Source: Antedon mediterranea
Lineage: Eukaryota > Animalia > Echinodermata
Assembly (NCBI RefSeq): GCF_964355755.1
Contig: NC_092679.1
Location: 19,823,432-19,887,431, forward strand
Length of the DNA stretch: 64,000 nucleotides
Direction: 5' to 3'
Under the pieces are notes generated by a model. The model was not told the origin of the DNA. It did no database searches and saw only the letters and a list, made by a program, of their open reading frames with translations. A program made the position numbers and the translations under genes. This document shows, one piece after another, positions 60,300-64,000 of this stretch (positions are counted from its first letter, which is position 1; every line of letters starts with the position of its first letter).

Positions 60300-63200
60300 T
60301 CACTCTAATCTGAAAGACAGAAACATTTTCAAAATTAATACATAACATCATTTCTAAATTATGCTGAAATATTTAAATAACTACAAAAACCATATTATTC
60401 TTATAAAGAAAACCTCATATTGAAATTTTAAGATTAAAATACTTTTTAAATTTGGAAACTCTTCAAGTTTCTAATCAGAAACTGGCAACTCACCAACTAT
60501 ATAGCTACTGCTGCACTTTATACGGATACAACATTCAATTGTTATATCAACTGTGTCATTGAGATGTTTCATCGATATGTTCCCTGGAGCTGCATAGTTT
60601 GTATCTCCTTGCTCTGTCAACAAAAGAATGAATATCATTTTATATTGTTTGAAGGTTTGCATGGCGAAATCAAATGTTGATATAAAGTTTGCGGTACACC
60701 ACGTGTATTAGTTCTGAAAAGAACTGTTGAGTTTCTCGACGTTTCGATCAATATACTTTGATCGTCCTCAGGAGTGAGAATTCAGAAAGTCCAGGAAACT
60801 TGGAATATAAGTGGAAAGGGTGGGACTGGTGTGAAAGCCAGAAACAATGGCAAGTTCACACAGTGGGAGGGATTGAAACTATGCTTTGCTAAACGTCGAG
60901 AAACTCAACAGTTCTTTTCAGAACTAATACACGTGGTGTACCGCAAACTTTATATCAACAATATCATTTTAAACATGTTTCCCTGTTTCAAATAAATACT
61001 ACTACTCTACTACTACATTCATTAGGAAACATAAATTCTTTGACAAATTTACCTTGCACTGACTGCTTTAGAAGGCTTGCCATTTGGTGGTTTAGGTCTC
61101 ATAGTAGAATTTGTTCCACTGGTTCCGGATGATTGACTATTATCTCTAGAACTACCTCTGTCATCTTTCACTCCATCACTAGATGCGGAAGATATGTTTT
61201 GTTTTCCTTTAGCGGAGTGGCGTAACTGCTCTAACGGTCCTCCAGAAACGATGTCTCTTTCAACAGATGATTGCCTCTTCCCATTCCTGCGTAATGTTGG
61301 AGACTGTCTGGTTTTATCCCGAGGAGTTGGAGACAATCGCGACCTGTCTCGGGGAGTTGACCGATAACTGTGATCATCTGGAATAGAGAATGATGTGCTG
61401 GTAGCAGCTTCTGTGTAATCTCTAGCAGACTGTGGAGGACTCTTTAATAGATTCATATTTTTCTCTTGTATCTGGTTTTCTATGCCATTATCAGAACCTT
61501 TGACAGCACCTCCTTTCAATGATTTCTTTCTTGTGGCTGCTGGTGATTTTTCTGATCTTGGGGATTCTTTTTTATTGAGTTTCGAGTTTGAACCTGTAGG
61601 ACTTAACCTTCCCTTCTTTCCAGCTTCTCTAGTCTTGCTATCACTTCTCGGTGAAGTCTTTCCTGGACTTTTCTTTCCATTTCCACGAATCAATTTAGAA
61701 GAGTTTTCCGATTTGGTACTTCTTGACATTTTAGATGAGCAATCACTACCAACACTAGTGGGACTTCTTGAAGATTCTTTCTTACGTGTTGCCTGATCCA
61801 TTTGTTTTGAAGATTTTATGGGTACTTTTGATTGATAGCGGCTGTCTCGTGCTTTATTGTCCAATTTGTTATCAGAACCAGTTACCCTAGATTTCCCCAT
61901 ATTACTGTTTACATATGATGGAACATCTCTATTTCTGATAAACATTTGGTCATCCTCACTTGACATAATTTTGAAATCATCAGAAGTAAAATCTTTAGAC
62001 ATCCTAATTTTCTCTCTCCTTTTACGTTGGCGTGGAGTCAAGTGTTCCCACGCTAGTCGTGGAGACTGGGGACATACCATGTCTTGAGCTAGATAATCAA
62101 TTCCAGTGTCACTCTCACTTTCCCACCTATTGTCTAATGGCAGCAAAAGACTCTCCATCGATTTTGAACTCCGAAGGTTGTCTTGTGTTCTTCGTTCATC
62201 TTTAATTCGACAATCACCTTTAGTCTTAATTTTTTCAAGTTCAAACAATTTGTAAATATTCTTTTCTGAGGATGCGCCAGAGAGTGCTGGGCTGGGTAAT
62301 TCTCTTACTCTTCTTGGACTTAATAATTTTCCATCTGATGGAGAAGGATCTAAATATGAAGGTCTGTTACCAGAAATATTTTCCATGGATTGTGGCTTCA
62401 AAATTCGACTAGAATTATGTACATTTTCAGAATTGGAAGCCAAAGTCTTAGAACCTATTGGTGAATCGATTGTCTTTCTCCGCTTCCTTTTAGCCTTAAT
62501 AGATGTTTTTCCCTTTTTGTTTGTGTCACTTGTGTCCTTTGGTGTTGCATCTTTTGTTAAATCATGATGTTTAGCACTACTATGAGGTGAAATAATATCT
62601 TGAGAACTCTGCAACCTCCTTGGTGAATCTACAGACAGGTCTGATCCATCTGCAGACCCCTGTTTATTTAAACTTTCTTTTTGTTGAAGAAGTCTTTTTC
62701 TTCTCCGCATTCTTGCAGATTCCGTTGCATCTGTATCTGTTGATTTGTTCTTATCTCTTACTCTTGGAGATCTCCCTTTTTCAACCTTTGAAGATATATC
62801 ACTTTGTCCATCATCAAGCTTTTCCAATTCTAGAGGTGGAAGATGATGAGGCATTTTCTTTTTCTCACCATCTTTTGGTGAGATGTCCGTCTCTGTATCA
62901 TTTAATACACTTAAAGAAAGAGAAGACGGTTTTTTGGTCACAATGTTTTTAGCTCCAATATCAGGAGTTAGACCTTGTTTCAAGTCCTCAAAAAACTTCT
63001 TTAAGGCAGTTTCAACTGGGATATTCTCATTACTACTTGAACCCTGTCTCTGTTTTTCTTCTTTAATTTGGGGTTTTCTACATTCACTATTTTGAGTTGT
63101 ATAATCAGCACTGTCATTTTTAAATTCTTGATACTTCATTTCTTGATTTTTGTCTTTTGATTGATTTTGACTAAAATTTGTCTGTGGATCATCTGAAACT

Positions 63201-64000
63201 GCATTATTTGAATCTGTGTTTAAGTGAGGTTTTTGTAATAACGAATCATCAGCAATTATCCTTCCTTGACTTTTATCAATATTTGGATCAACTATTTTAT
63301 TACTTTCTGAAACGGATTTCACTTTACTGTTGCCGATTTCGGTTTCATTTCTTCTTTCATCTGATGTATTATTTACTGCTGCATTACTAATAATAAAGTC
63401 ATCTTGCTGTCTTATTTCTGTCAAACAATCTTTCTTTGAATCCATTTGCATAGTATTGTTACATAGTGGGTCCATGGTAGCACCACTATGTCCTTGGCCA
63501 AGATCCACACTTTGAGTATGATGATCATTGCCAAACTCACCAGCAGTTTTGGAACATTCTTCCTGAACTTTTGCTTTCTCATCAATATCTTCTGTTGAAG
63601 GACTTTGTTTCTCTACCTGTGATTCAGGGTTCGCAACTACAGTTTTTAATGGATGTATTGTAGGTGATTGCACATCACTTGGTGTGAGTTGTTGATCATC
63701 CTGAAGCAGTGATGGGATAGTAAGGCTACCTGTGTCTTGATCAAAAGATGGTATATTATGAAATACTTTTAACATTGGTTTCTTAAATGAACCTTTTTTT
63801 TTTTGTTCATTTGTTTTGTTTTGTATGTTTTCGTGTCCAGGAATGGACAATTTCAGTTTCCTTGTGTCTCCTTCTGAATCTCTTTCATTTCTTACAGAAT
63901 TTACATCTAGGAAAGCACTTGGTTCCTGCCAATTTGTTGCACATTCTGAAAACTCAGGATTTTTCTCATCTTCTTGTGATAGAGTTTGTAAAACAGCGTA
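60300..64000 (-). CDS. 3' part of a large Ser/Lys/Asp/Arg-rich low-complexity protein; 5' end outside the window
   Basis: The frame is open from 64000 to a phase-2 donor AG|GTAAAT at 61053 (at least 2948 nt). An acceptor ttcag|A TTA GAG TGA at 60309-60300 completes it in phase (...AVSARLE*). Unspliced, the ORF stops at 61049. No recognisable domain. Confidence 0.8.
60675..60960. mobile_element. Short Penelope-like remnant with perfect 70-bp inverted arms
   Basis: 60675-60744 is the exact reverse complement of 60891-60960. A hammerhead motif overlaps the inner end of the left arm. Confidence 0.75.
60733..60780 (-). ncRNA. Minimal type I hammerhead ribozyme with canonical core
   Basis: CUC-CUGAGGA-C-GAUCAA(AGUAUA)UUGAUC-GAAA-CG-UC-GAG; conserved CUGANGA and GAAA, 6-bp stem II, GUC cleavage triplet. 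Confidence 0.75.

Noticed and set aside
60471-60662. 63-aa ORF as an exon of the large gene
   Set aside because: The 61053 donor joins in phase to 60309 with an immediate stop, and the peptide has no recognisable features.

Overview
AT-rich, intron-rich animal genomic DNA; the repeat types suggest a marine invertebrate, possibly a deuterostome (inference). Five protein-coding genes were assembled by hand from GT-AG exons with consistent phases: (1) a 15-exon novel protein kinase C (epsilon/eta type), minus strand 38844->1892, 739 aa; (2) ISCA2, plus strand 39246->40912, 156 aa, head-to-head with the PKC about 400 bp away; (3) a 14-exon gamma-butyrobetaine-dioxygenase-family Fe(II)/2OG enzyme, minus strand 51736->42755, 472 aa; (4) a 5-exon TM-ZU5-UPA-death domain (UNC5C-like/ZUD) gene, minus strand 56807->53585, 601 aa; (5) the 3' end of a large low-complexity protein with an exon over 2.9 kb. 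Introns hold many non-autonomous Harbinger-, pogo- and Kolobok-like MITEs, Helitron/Helentron derivatives, SINE and LINE remnants, minisatellites and a 5S rRNA-derived fragment. Most notable observations: Penelope-derived inverted repeats carrying minimal hammerhead ribozymes, including a 469-bp hairpin with twin A3-U8 covariant cores between two convergent 3' ends; candidate alternative PKC hinge exons; and two kinds of apparent transposon excision scars. No database searches were run, so family names are assignments from motif recognition.
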